Part shown: piece by piece, positions 1-14,174 of the stretch
How positions within the stretch are numbered: position 1 is the first letter of the stretch
Layout of the letters: every line of letters starts with the position of its first letter
Assembly: GCF_000009045.1 (NCBI RefSeq)
Contig: NC_000964.3
Span: forward strand, 3,780,001-3,812,000
DNA: 32,000 bases
Direction: 5' to 3'
Source: Bacillus subtilis subsp. subtilis str. 168
GTDB taxonomy: Bacteria > Bacillota > Bacilli > Bacillales > Bacillaceae
Made by a program: the position numbers and the translations under genes
The notes under the pieces: model-generated
Told to the model about the DNA's origin: nothing
Seen by the model: only the letters and a program-made list of their open reading frames with translations
The model's database searches: none

Positions 1-33
1 GATAATAGCGTGGCTTACTTGTTTTTTCTTCAT
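1..33 (-). CDS. ywmB: 5' end (11 codons, MKKKQVSHAII...) of a CDS running off the left edge; by synteny the ywmB-like gene downstream of ywzB
   Basis: ATG at 33-31 (minus) with GGGGGAG RBS at 42-48. Frame is open to position 1. Only 33 nt are visible, so the product cannot be verified. Confidence 0.45.
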   Translation of the reverse strand, partial: MKKKQVSHAII

Positions 34-161
34 GTTCATCTCTCCCCCTTATCCCCAGTTTTACCGGAGGCAAGAGGCGCCATACGTAAAAATCTTCGTC
101 AAAACTCGAGCTATTCGCTTCAACCCGCTTCTCCCAACCATTTAATAATGTTCAAAACCTA

Positions 162-392
162 TTAAAATAGATAGGGAAGCTGCTGTGAATAATTGAGGTA
201 ATCTAAAAAGAAATTGGCAACGGCCGTTCCAATGGCGATTGTCAGCAAAATCATCAGGAGTCTTGCCTGCACGACTTTGCCTTTTTTGATTAACGGATCT
301 ATATTGACGGCTTGCAACGCCCACCAAGTCACTGCTATAAAAATCAGGTGAACGACAATGCCGATTGCAGCCTGCTGTCCCAATACACTCAT
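162..392 (-). CDS. ywzB: 76-aa small hydrophobic membrane protein, YwzB/DUF1146-like, function unknown
   Basis: ORF track 162..392. ATG is preceded by an AAAGGAG RBS. Sequence is strongly hydrophobic. Position downstream of atpC matches B. subtilis. Confidence 0.8.
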   Translation of the reverse strand: MSVLGQQAAIGIVVHLIFIAVTWWALQAVNIDPLIKKGKVVQARLLMILLTIAIGTAVANFFLDYLNYSQQLPYLF

Positions 393-460
393 CTATTACA
401 CTCCTTTCTCTGCGTTCATACCCTTTCTTATTATATAAGAAGCACAGATAAAGATGATAC

Positions 461-489
461 ATTTTATACAGAACGGAATAATCAGCCAA
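461..489 (-). promoter_or_regulatory. candidate sigma-A promoter for ywzB: -35 TTGGCT (489-484), 17-bp spacer, -10 TAAAAT (466-461)
   Basis: Hexamers and spacing read on the minus strand. Not unique, since a TATAAT-like run at about 431-440 is an alternative. Confidence 0.3.
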
Positions 490-529
490 ATCTAGGGCTA
501 ATCCCCGCTTAAAGTGCGATTCTTTTACA

Positions 530-538
530 TGGTATACT
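530..538 (+). promoter_or_regulatory. candidate extended -10 element (TGgTATACT) for ywmA
   Basis: TG at 530-531 and TATACT at 533-538. No good -35. It would give a very short leader before the RBS at 544-552. Confidence 0.3.
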
Positions 539-561
539 TTATTGGAAAGGAGCTGGCAAAT

Positions 562-1035
562 GTGAATCATTCTTTTTTTCAGCCTGAAAAGCAATATGGT
601 GAGGACCTGCCAATTTTTGATCAGGAATGGGAAGCAATTGCATTCTATTATGATTATAGACAGTCACAGATTGAAGAACTGAATGAATTGTGTCAGTTTT
701 TTAACATTTCTCTTACCTATACGAGAGAAAGCCTTGAAGAGCTTGAAAACCTCTATTTTCAAAGTATACAAGAACTTTTGCTTGCTGATTGGAATCTTCC
801 TATTGAAGAATTCGAGAAAATGATCAGTGTTTATCTTATAGATTGTGTGATTGCCCGCCATGAAGATGCTGAATGGGTTGTAAAACCTTATCCCTATAAA
901 GACGGCGCTTATACACTTGGCTTTAGAAGACATCGCAAATCGTGGCATACAATGAATGCCTGTGATGGTTTATACCTGCGTCCAAAAGAGGATCGCCCGT
1001 TGCTGTCGCTGTTTGATTCTCTTGTGCGTTCATAA
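562..1035 (+). CDS. ywmA: 157-aa soluble protein of unknown function (YwmA)
   Basis: ORF 514..1035 trimmed to the in-frame GTG at 562, 9 nt after the GGAAAGGAG RBS (544-552). The 157-aa length matches my recollection of YwmA. Confidence 0.75.
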   Translation: MNHSFFQPEKQYGEDLPIFDQEWEAIAFYYDYRQSQIEELNELCQFFNISLTYTRESLEELENLYFQSIQELLLADWNLPIEEFEKMISVYLIDCVIARHEDAEWVVKPYPYKDGAYTLGFRRHRKSWHTMNACDGLYLRPKEDRPLLSLFDSLVRS

Positions 1036-1067
1036 AAAAATCCTTCTCATAAAGAGAAGGATTTTTT
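1036..1067. terminator. bidirectional rho-independent terminator shared by ywmA (+) and atpC (-)
   Basis: 10-bp stem AATCCTTCTC (1039-1048) / GAGAAGGATT (1054-1063) with loop ATAAA. Flanked by an A-run on the left and a T-run on the right. Confidence 0.8.
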
Positions 1068-1068
1068 C

Positions 1069-1479
<411 letters not shown>

Positions 1480-1490
1480 CTAGGACCAGA

Positions 1491-3822
<2,332 letters not shown>

Positions 3823-3839
3823 TCATCTGCGTAAAAAGA

Positions 3840-3862
3840 GAGAAAAAGAGAACCTTTTTCTC
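3840..3862 (-). promoter_or_regulatory. AU-rich hairpin followed by a U-tract in the atpA-atpG spacer
   Basis: On the minus strand: GAGAAAAAG-guucu-CUUUUUCUC, then UCUUUUUA. 9-bp perfect stem, but mostly A-U pairs. Confidence 0.3.
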
Positions 3863-3877
3863 TCATCAGCATTCGAG

Positions 3878-5386
<1,509 letters not shown>

Positions 5387-5402
5387 TTAGGTTTCACCCC
5401 TT

Positions 5403-6457
<1,055 letters not shown>

Positions 6458-6558
6458 CTACTACGGCAACTCCCTTCTGCAGGTTTTTCTTTGCTGATCC
6501 AGCAGCCGCACTTGTCTCTTTTCAGCCGGCAAGGCGGGATGCTTATCAGACATAAAGC

Positions 6559-6594
6559 AATGGCGAAGGTTCTCTTGGAATGATCTTCGCCATT
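6559..6594 (-). promoter_or_regulatory. stable hairpin in the 162-nt atpE-atpF spacer (candidate mRNA stabiliser or processing signal)
   Basis: 10-bp perfect stem AATGGCGAAG (6559-6568) / CTTCGCCATT (6585-6594) with a 16-nt loop. No U-tract follows on the minus strand. Confidence 0.4.
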
Positions 6595-6619
6595 TTTAGT
6601 TCATATAAGGCTTTTATGC

Positions 6620-6847
<228 letters not shown>

Positions 6848-6877
6848 TTAAAATGTTATCCGTTTGGATATAATGTT

Positions 6878-8003
<1,126 letters not shown>

Positions 8004-8258
8004 CAATTATCTGTCTCCTGATGAAAAAATAATGTATAGCTTGGATACGGCAAAAATCAGCGGTTAACCCTTAGTAGAAGACCTTTTTTGACCGGCAAAA
8101 CGGGCCTGTTCGAAAAAATCATTCATCCGCAAGCCTTGCAGGGATGCTGTTTCATTCGCTTAAATAAATCCTCATAATACGGGTTTGCTGAGAGGATTTA
8201 CATTGAGGATGAGGACTATAATGAAAGCTATGAAAACCTTCTCATAATACCCTCGTTT

Positions 8259-8287
8259 AGCATACAATAGCCCCTAACATGTGTCAA
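8259..8287 (-). promoter_or_regulatory. candidate sigma-A promoter of the atp operon: -35 TTGACA (8287-8282), 17-bp spacer, -10 TATGCT (8264-8259)
   Basis: Perfect -35 and correct spacing on the minus strand. Lies downstream of the upp terminator. Implies a leader of about 250 nt before atpI. Confidence 0.55.
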
Positions 8288-8390
8288 TCTGTTTAAAGTT
8301 AAAAAACTTTTTATACTTTACGTCTCCACAGAATGTTCACATTTTCACCTATAATTGTATACAGATTCACCGAATAGCAAAAAACTGGAT

Positions 8391-8424
8391 AAAAAAATGA
8401 AACCCCCTTTTGGGGATTTCATTT
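8391..8424 (-). terminator. rho-independent terminator of upp
   Basis: Minus strand: AUGAAAUCCCC-aaaa-GGGGGUUUCAU followed by U7. Starts immediately after the upp TAA (8426-8428). Confidence 0.85.
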
Positions 8425-8425
8425 T

Positions 8426-9055
8426 TTATTTTGTTCCAAACATGCGGTCACCCGCATCTCCGAGACCTGGAACAATATATCCTTTTTCATTTAATTTTTC
8501 ATCTAGCGCCGCAATGTAAATATCAACGTCCGAATGATGCTTCTGCAATTCTTCCACACCCTCCGGCGCTGCTACAAGACACATGAAACGGATATTTTTC
8601 GCACCGCGTTTTTTAAGGCTGTGAATGGCTTCAACTGCGGAACCGCCTGTAGCGAGCATCGGGTCAACCACGATGAATTCACGCTCTTCCACATCAGAAG
8701 GAAGCTTGACATAGTATTCCACGGGTTTTAAGGTTTCTGGATCACGGTAAAGGCCGACATGTCCCACTTTTGCCGCAGGAATCAGCTTTAAAATGCCGTC
8801 AACCATTCCCAATCCTGCTCTGAGGATAGGAACCACTCCGAGTTTTTTCCCTGAGATGACTTTCGATTTCGCAGCCTGAACCGGTGTATTGATATCCACT
8901 TCTTCCAGAGGAAGATCGCGGGTAATTTCAAATGCCATGAGTGTAGCCACTTCATCTACTAACTCTCTAAAATCCTTCGTACCTGTATTTTCATTCCGTA
9001 TATATGTCAGCTTGTGCTGAATTAAAGGATGATCAAATACATAAACCTTTCCCAT
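8426..9055 (-). CDS. upp: uracil phosphoribosyltransferase
   Basis: 209-aa ORF with PRPP-binding motif [13 protein letters not shown]. Confidence 0.97.
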
Positions 9056-9109
9056 ACTGTGTTTCAGCTCCTTTTTTATTGTCCCATCAACAATTACACA
9101 CTTCTATTG

Positions 9110-9138
9110 ATTCTACAAAAAAAGACATTGAGTTTCAA
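9110..9138 (-). promoter_or_regulatory. candidate sigma-A promoter for upp: -35 TTGAAA (9138-9133), 17-bp spacer, -10 TAGAAT (9115-9110)
   Basis: Hexamers and spacing read on the minus strand, directly after the glyA terminator. Confidence 0.5.
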
Positions 9139-9147
9139 GAACATCGT

Positions 9148-9183
9148 CAAAAAACCCGCCGGGCATAAGCCCAAGCGGGTTTT
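9148..9183 (-). terminator. rho-independent terminator of glyA
   Basis: Minus strand: AAAACCCGC ... GCGGGUUUU followed by UUG. GC core is ACCCGC/GCGGGU. Confidence 0.75.
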
Positions 9184-9189
9184 AGGATC

Positions 9190-10437
9190 TTAATAATCTA
9201 ATTCTTTATATAAAGGAAATTTATCAGTCAGAGCAGCTACACGCTGTCTTGCTTCTTCAAGTTTTCCTTCATCTTCGTGGTTTTTCAATGCAAGCGCAAT
9301 GATAGCACCGACTTCTTCTAATGCGTCTCCGTCAAAACCGCGGCTGGTTACAGCAGCTGTACCAAGACGGATGCCGCTTGTTACGAAAGGTTTTTCAGGA
9401 TCATATGGAATCGCGTTTTTGTTAGACGTAATACCAATTTCATCAAGTACATGCTCCGCAACCTTACCAGTCAGTCCGAGCGAACGAAGGTCAACAAGGA
9501 TAAGGTGGTTGTCTGTTCCGCCTGAAACGAGCTGGATGCCCTCTTTCGTTAAGGCTTCAGCCAGACGTTTCGCGTTTGAAATGACGTTTTGTGCATATGT
9601 TTTGAAATCGTCCTGCAATACTTCACCGAATGAAACAGCTTTTGCGGCAATAACGTGCATCAGAGGGCCGCCTTGAATTCCAGGGAAGATCGATTTATCA
9701 ATTTTCTTGCCAAACTCTTCACGGCAAAGGATCATACCGCCGCGAGGACCGCGAAGTGTTTTATGTGTTGTTGTTGTAACGAAATCAGCGTAAGGAACCG
9801 GGTTTGGATGAAGGCCTGCCGCAACAAGTCCTGCGATATGTGCCATATCCACCATGAAGTAAGCGCCGACTTCATCAGCAATTTCACGGAATTTCTTAAA
9901 GTCGATTGTACGAGGATACGCACTTGCTCCTGCTACGATAAGCTTCGGTTTATGAGCGAGGGCTTTTTCACGCACGTCATCGTAATCAATATATTGAGTT
10001 TCTTTATCTACGCCGTACTCAACAAAGTTATATTGAACACCGCTGAAGTTGACTGGGCTTCCGTGTGTTAAATGGCCGCCGTGGGAGAGGTTCATCCCAA
10101 GTACAGTATCGCCTTGCTCCAAAATCGTGAAGTACACTGCCATGTTTGCTTGTGCGCCTGAATGAGGCTGAACGTTTACATGCTCCGCTCCAAAGATTTC
10201 CTTCGCGCGGTCACGGGCGATATCTTCAACGACATCGACGTGCTCGCATCCGCCGTAGTAGCGTTTGCCCGGATATCCTTCTGCGTACTTATTTGTCAAA
10301 ACAGATCCTTGTGCTTCCATAACCGCTTCACTTACAAAGTTCTCAGAAGCAATCAATTCGATCTTAGTCTGTTGGCGTTCACGCTCATTTTTAATGGCGT
10401 TAAACACTTGTTCGTCTTGCGCAGGTAAATGTTTCAT
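9190..10437 (-). CDS. glyA: serine hydroxymethyltransferase
   Basis: 415-aa ORF with PLP-lysine motif [14 protein letters not shown]. Confidence 0.98.
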   Translation of the reverse strand: MKHLPAQDEQVFNAIKNERERQQTKIELIASENFVSEAVMEAQGSVLTNKYAEGYPGKRYYGGCEHVDVVEDIARDRAKEIFGAEHVNVQPHSGAQANMAVYFTILEQGDTVLGMNLSHGGHLTHGSPVNFSGVQYNFVEYGVDKETQYIDYDDVREKALAHKPKLIVAGASAYPRTIDFKKFREIADEVGAYFMVDMAHIAGLVAAGLHPNPVPYADFVTTTTHKTLRGPRGGMILCREEFGKKIDKSIFPGIQGGPLMHVIAAKAVSFGEVLQDDFKTYAQNVISNAKRLAEALTKEGIQLVSGGTDNHLILVDLRSLGLTGKVAEHVLDEIGITSNKNAIPYDPEKPFVTSGIRLGTAAVTSRGFDGDALEEVGAIIALALKNHEDEGKLEEARQRVAALTDKFPLYKELDY

Positions 10438-10487
10438 CAGCGAGATCCTCTCCTATCCGTATCCTGTTCTTTGTTTTTACCATCACT

Positions 10488-10517
10488 ATTGTACATGGTT
10501 TTTAAGGCCGATGTAAA
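10488..10517 (-). promoter_or_regulatory. candidate sigma-A promoter for glyA: -35 TTTACA (10517-10512), 18-bp spacer, -10 TACAAT (10493-10488)
   Basis: Read on the minus strand, about 50 nt upstream of the ATG at 10437. Confidence 0.5.
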
Positions 10518-10551
10518 AGATTATTTTTAAAAAATCTAAATTTTTATTGGT

Positions 10552-10596
10552 AAAAACGAATATTAATAACTTAAATTTAATTTAAAGTTCGGAATT
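10552..10596. promoter_or_regulatory. inverted pair of PurBox-like motifs (PurR operator) upstream of glyA
   Basis: 10584-10596 on the minus strand reads AATTCCGAACTTT, a full match to the AWWWCCGAACWWT consensus as I recall it. 10552-10564 on the plus strand reads AAAAACGAATATT, with 4/6 of the core. The two are in inverted orientation 19 nt apart. Confidence 0.6.
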
Positions 10597-10611
10597 TATT
10601 TCACTATCTTA

Positions 10612-10643
10612 AAATAAAAGAAAAGACTGGCTATGCAGTCCTT
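10612..10643 (-). terminator. weak terminator-like hairpin after ywlG
   Basis: Minus strand: AAGGACUG-cauagc-CAGUCUUU with one mismatch, followed by a U-rich tract. Confidence 0.4.
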
Positions 10644-11186
10644 TCATTCGCACTCATAAACCGCCCGCACTCCGCCGATTAGTTTCGGCCGTGTACGCGC
10701 CAATGTCACATGAGCTGAACCGAGGCTGTTTTGAGAGACACGCACAGGGACAGCCACCGGTTTCAGATGCATGCCGATAAACGTATCGCCTATATCAATT
10801 CCGGCGTCAGCCTGAATGGTTTCAACAAGAACAGGAGACTTCATCTGCTTAAACGCATAAGACGCCATCGCTCCGCCCGCTTTTGGAACGGGCACGGCAG
10901 AAACGGTTGGAAGCCTGAACAGCTTGGCTGTTTCTGCTTCGACGACAAGCGCTCTGTTTAAATGCTCGCAGCATTGAAACGCCAGATGGATTCCCGTTTT
11001 TTCCCGGAGCTCAGCAAGTCCGCTGTAGATGCTTTCAGCGATATCTACACTGCCCGATGTGCCGATCCGGCTGCCGGCCACTTCGCTCGTGCTGCATCCA
11101 AGGACGAAGAGCTGATCTTGTTTCAATTCCGCTTGGTCCTGAAACTCAGACAGCATCGTCTTCCACGTTTGTTTCAACTCATTCAT
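10644..11186 (-). CDS. ywlG: UPF0340/DUF436 family protein YwlG, function unknown
   Basis: 180-aa ORF starting 12 nt after the rpiB stop. Conserved neighbour of rpiB and glyA in Bacilli. Confidence 0.9.
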   Translation of the reverse strand: MNELKQTWKTMLSEFQDQAELKQDQLFVLGCSTSEVAGSRIGTSGSVDIAESIYSGLAELREKTGIHLAFQCCEHLNRALVVEAETAKLFRLPTVSAVPVPKAGGAMASYAFKQMKSPVLVETIQADAGIDIGDTFIGMHLKPVAVPVRVSQNSLGSAHVTLARTRPKLIGGVRAVYECE

Positions 11187-11198
11187 TAAACAGCACCC

Positions 11199-11648
11199 CT
11201 ACAGGTTTTTCTCTTCATAATCGGAGATTTTTCCAATACGCGTTTGGTGTCTTCCCCCGGTAAACTCAGTAGTCAGCCAGATTTTTGCGATTTCCCGAGC
11301 CAAACCAGGTCCGATCACCCGTTCACCCATCGCAAGGATGTTTGTGTCATTATGCTCCCTCGTCGCCTTCGCGCTGAAGGTATCGTGCGCCAGCGCGCAG
11401 CGAATCCCTTTTACTTTATTAGCGGAAATGCTCATGCCGATGCCTGTCCCGCAAATTAAAATGCCTCTGTCAACTTCGCCGCTAACCACTTTTTCGGCCA
11501 CCGGAAAAGCATAATCCGGATAATCGACAGAGCCGCTGCCGCAGTCACAGCCCATATCAATATATTCAATTTGCAATTCGTCCATTAACTCTTTGATTTC
11601 ATTTCGAATGTGAACGCCGCCATGATCCGATGCAATGGCTACTTTCAT
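11199..11648 (-). CDS. rpiB: ribose-5-phosphate isomerase B (RpiB/LacAB family)
   Basis: 149-aa ORF with a typical RpiB sequence (MKVAIASDHGG..., ICGTGIGMSI). Confidence 0.95.
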   Translation of the reverse strand: MKVAIASDHGGVHIRNEIKELMDELQIEYIDMGCDCGSGSVDYPDYAFPVAEKVVSGEVDRGILICGTGIGMSISANKVKGIRCALAHDTFSAKATREHNDTNILAMGERVIGPGLAREIAKIWLTTEFTGGRHQTRIGKISDYEEKNL

Positions 11649-11748
11649 CTGCTTTTCCTCCCAGCGTGTGTGATGCGGCCCGCCCGCTTTATTGACCGCG
11701 CAGCCTGTCCGCTCTTTGATTCACACCATATGATGTGCTTTTCACTAT

Positions 11749-11776
11749 ATTCTACTCCTTCACGCAGGATTTGCAA
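11749..11776 (-). promoter_or_regulatory. candidate sigma-A promoter for rpiB(ywlF): -35 TTGCAA (11776-11771), 16-bp spacer, -10 TAGAAT (11754-11749)
   Basis: Read on the minus strand within the 156-nt ywlE-ywlF spacer. Spacer is one nt short of optimal. Confidence 0.4.
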
Positions 11777-11804
11777 ATGACCTGTTTGCAGATTTTCTGA
11801 CAAC

Positions 11805-12257
11805 TTATCTACGGTCTTTTTTCAGCTGTTTTGCCAGCTGCCGAAGAAGCTCTTCAAGCTCATCTCGCGTTTGTTTATAGATGTCAATTGAGCCGCCGAA
11901 CGGATCGAGGACATCACCATGGCTGCCTGTGACATATTCTTTTAACGTAAACACTTTATCACGATAACGTCCAAATTGGCTGGCAATGATCTGTTTGTGC
12001 TGATGGGTCATAGCCAGAACCAAATCAGCCGATTCCATAAGTTCTTCAGTTAATGGAGAAGACACATGATTAAGGGCAATGTGTTTTTCAAACAGCGCTT
12101 CGACTGCATGAGGCGTCGCTTTCCCATTAGGTGAAGCAAACACGCCTGCCGAGCGGACATTGACATTCAGCCCTTCCCTTTCTGCAATTGATTTAAAAAG
12201 CGCCTCAGCCATTGGGCTGCGGCACGTATTTCCAGTACAGACAAAAATAATATCCAT
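11805..12257 (-). CDS. ywlE: low-molecular-weight phosphatase family protein; protein-arginine phosphatase YwlE
   Basis: ORF 11805..12266 trimmed to ATG 12257, because the GTG at 12266 lies inside the AAGGGGTGA RBS. 150 aa. CX5R(S) active-site loop CTGNTCRS is present. Confidence 0.93.
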   Translation of the reverse strand: MDIIFVCTGNTCRSPMAEALFKSIAEREGLNVNVRSAGVFASPNGKATPHAVEALFEKHIALNHVSSPLTEELMESADLVLAMTHQHKQIIASQFGRYRDKVFTLKEYVTGSHGDVLDPFGGSIDIYKQTRDELEELLRQLAKQLKKDRR

Positions 12258-12292
12258 GTCAGTCACCCCTTATTTTTCTCTATTATATATGA

Positions 12293-12323
12293 AGAAAAAA
12301 GAAACGGCGACTTCGTTTCTTTT
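12293..12323 (-). terminator. terminator-like hairpin between mntP(ywlD) and ywlE
   Basis: Minus strand: AAGAAACG-aagucgc-CGUUUCUU followed by UUUUCUUC. A perfect TATAAT (minus, about 12282-12287) follows, but has no -35. Confidence 0.5.
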
Positions 12324-12332
12324 ATTGGTATA

Positions 12333-12890
12333 TTAAATTGGCAAAAGCAGCTTTAATCCAAACACGATTAATATGATGCCCCCGAGCGCTTCGCTGTATG
12401 TGCCAAGCCATGACTGCACTTGTTTTCCGACCAGCAGGCCCAGCCATGTCAACATCATGCTGAACAGCCCGAACAGGGTAATTGTGAGGAGCGGATGCGA
12501 GCCGTATATCCCCAAGCTCAAGCCGACGGAAAAGCTGTCAAGGCTGACGCCGATGGCAAACAGCAATAAGCCCGGCCCTGCCGGTGACATGAATCGTTCT
12601 TCTGACTGTTTAAAAGAGGCCATAAGCATTTGAACCCCAAGAACAAAAAGCAGCGCCCCACCGATATAAACCGCTAACACGCCGAGGAGCCCTGACAGCA
12701 TGTTACCGGCCGCCATCCCTGCGAGAGGCATGATGACGTGAAAGAGGCCGATGATGAAACCAATATAGAATATCTGCTTCTTTCTAAGTTTGACCATGCC
12801 CATTCCAAGGCCGACAGAAAAAGCATCCATCCCTAAAGCAAACGCCATGATGCTTAATGTAATCAGTTCGCCTATAAACAAATCCGACAT
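12333..12890 (-). CDS. mntP: putative manganese efflux pump MntP (YwlD)
   Basis: 185-aa polytopic ORF. Has the internally duplicated DAF(S)V / DSFSV motifs typical of the MntP family. Confidence 0.9.
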
Positions 12891-12900
12891 ACATAAATAA

Positions 12901-12949
12901 CCCCCTTGGACACGCCCCGCTTTTTTAGCCTATGCGTGTCCAAAAAGGG
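12901..12949 (-). promoter_or_regulatory. hairpin in the tsaC-mntP spacer whose 3' arm contains the mntP RBS
   Basis: 10-bp perfect stem TTGGACACGC (12906-12915) / GCGTGTCCAA (12934-12943), extended by CCC/GGG across a 3-nt bulge. The RBS GGGGG lies at 12901-12905 (minus). Confidence 0.45.
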
Positions 12950-12968
12950 TTAGAACATCTGACTGCTT

Positions 12969-14009
12969 TCAGCGAATCACTCTTCCTCCGGCGGCTTTCA
13001 TCAGCCTGTTCATAATAGCAAGACCGACACCTGTATCCGGAAAGGATTCCGCTATAATGAAATCCACCTTATTCTCATCAAAGCTGCGCAAAGCATCATA
13101 CAGCCCTGCCGCAACAGTCTCAAGCTGAGCCCGTCTTCCGCAGCTCTTCACATAATCAGCGGAATAAACGCCCGCTTTTTCTTCTGTCGTCAGGACACCG
13201 ACCCGTCTTCCACCCTGTTGATATTCTTGAATGAGGTGCTGAATGCGCTCTGGGCTGCCTTCGCAAATGGCAAGAGGCGCTGTCGGCGCATAATGTGTAT
13301 ATTTCATCCCTGGAGAAATCGGCTTCTCGTTTTGGTCGCTGAGCCCTTTATCCACATGGATCGGCCCGATCACCGCTTCAATTTGTTCCTTCGTAATGCC
13401 GCCAGGACGCAAGAGAACAGGGATGTCGTCCGCACATGAAAGCACAGTTGATTCGACCCCGATTCCGGTAGGGCCTCCATCCACAATACCGGCTATGCGG
13501 CCATCCAAGTCGTGAGCCACATGCTCCGCTTTTGTGGGACTTGGCTTGCCTGATAGATTGGCGCTCGGTGCTGCAATCGGCAGTCCCGATTCGCGAATCA
13601 ATGCAAGGGCAAGCGGATGATCCGGCATTCTAATGGCAACCGTTTCAAGACCTGCCGTTACACGAGGTGAAAGCGCATCAGGTTTGCAAGGCAGAATGAG
13701 CGTAAGTGCTCCCGGCCAAAACCGTTTCATCAATGTTTTCGCCTTTTCCGGCGCCGGGCCCGTTAAATCCTCAAGCTGGCTGATATCCGCAATGTGGACA
13801 ATCAGGGGATTATCGCTCGGCCGCCCTTTCGCCTCATATATTTTTTTGACGGCATCCGTATTTTTTGCGTTTGCGCCTAGGCCATATACTGTTTCTGTCG
13901 GAAAGGCAACGACCTCATTTTCTCGGAGCAAAGCGGCTGCTTGTGCAATTTGTGGATCATTTGTGGATAACTCGTCAGTTACATCCACAAACCATCTTTT
14001 CGTTTTCAT
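12969..14009 (-). CDS. tsaC: threonylcarbamoyl-AMP synthase (TsaC/Sua5, long form with Sua5 C-terminal domain)
   Basis: 346-aa ORF. YrdC-like N-terminal motifs are present (PTETVYGLGA, KGRPSDNPLIVH). Confidence 0.95.
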   Translation of the reverse strand: MKTKRWFVDVTDELSTNDPQIAQAAALLRENEVVAFPTETVYGLGANAKNTDAVKKIYEAKGRPSDNPLIVHIADISQLEDLTGPAPEKAKTLMKRFWPGALTLILPCKPDALSPRVTAGLETVAIRMPDHPLALALIRESGLPIAAPSANLSGKPSPTKAEHVAHDLDGRIAGIVDGGPTGIGVESTVLSCADDIPVLLRPGGITKEQIEAVIGPIHVDKGLSDQNEKPISPGMKYTHYAPTAPLAICEGSPERIQHLIQEYQQGGRRVGVLTTEEKAGVYSADYVKSCGRRAQLETVAAGLYDALRSFDENKVDFIIAESFPDTGVGLAIMNRLMKAAGGRVIR

Positions 14010-14174
14010 TTCTGACCAAACTCCTTATTCACAACAATAAAACGATTGTTTTACGCGTGTAATCCTTTTGAAAGTATAAAAGATGTCCTGTAATAAAACA
14101 AGCGTTATCCACAAATTGTGGACAACGCTAATAAAGAAGTGGATAAGTATGTGTATAAACTGCACTTATCCAGA
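13951..14174. promoter_or_regulatory. DnaA-box cluster (8 boxes with >=7/9 match to TTATCCACA, 2 perfect) spanning the ywlC 5' end, the ywlC-ywlB spacer and the ywlB stop
   Basis: Boxes: 13951-59 (-, TGATCCACA), 13962-70 (-, TTATCCACA), 13981-89 (+, ACATCCACA), 14105-13 (+, TTATCCACA), 14117-25 (-, TTGTCCACA), 14138-46 (-, TTATCCACT), 14150-58 (-, TTATACACA), 14166-74 (+, TTATCCAGA). One more perfect box lies at 13348-56 (+). Confidence 0.85.
14073..14101 (-). promoter_or_regulatory. candidate sigma-A promoter for tsaC(ywlC): -35 TTGTTT (14101-14096), 17-bp spacer, -10 TATACT (14078-14073)
   Basis: Read on the minus strand. The -35 abuts the perfect DnaA box at 14105-14113. Confidence 0.45.

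Noticed and set aside
142-594. 150-aa minus-strand ORF spanning ywzB and the ywzB/ywmA divergent promoter region.
   Set aside because: It overlaps ywzB in another frame and the start of ywmA on the opposite strand. It has no RBS and a translation unlike any protein family.
9299-10071. Antisense ORFs inside glyA (125 aa and 138 aa), and similar 60-150 aa antisense or out-of-frame ORFs inside atpD, atpA, atpB, tsaC, prfA, maeA, rho, murAB, tal and pyrG.
   Set aside because: All are nested in strongly supported genes, lack RBSs, and give low-complexity or hydrophobic nonsense translations.
11792-11800. ATTTTCTGA, half of the CodY-box AATTTTCWGAAAATT, occurs in three intergenic regions (11792-11800, 28419-28427, 30026-30034), with 11-12/15 matches to the full box.
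   Set aside because: The motif is AT-rich and degenerate, the right halves do not match, and none of the adjacent genes is a CodY target that I know of. It is most likely chance in AT-rich spacers.
12891-12968. Possible yybP-ykoY Mn(II) riboswitch upstream of mntP(ywlD), by analogy with E. coli mntP.
   Set aside because: The spacer is only 78 nt and shows a single simple hairpin. It is too short and lacks the four-helix architecture of that riboswitch class.
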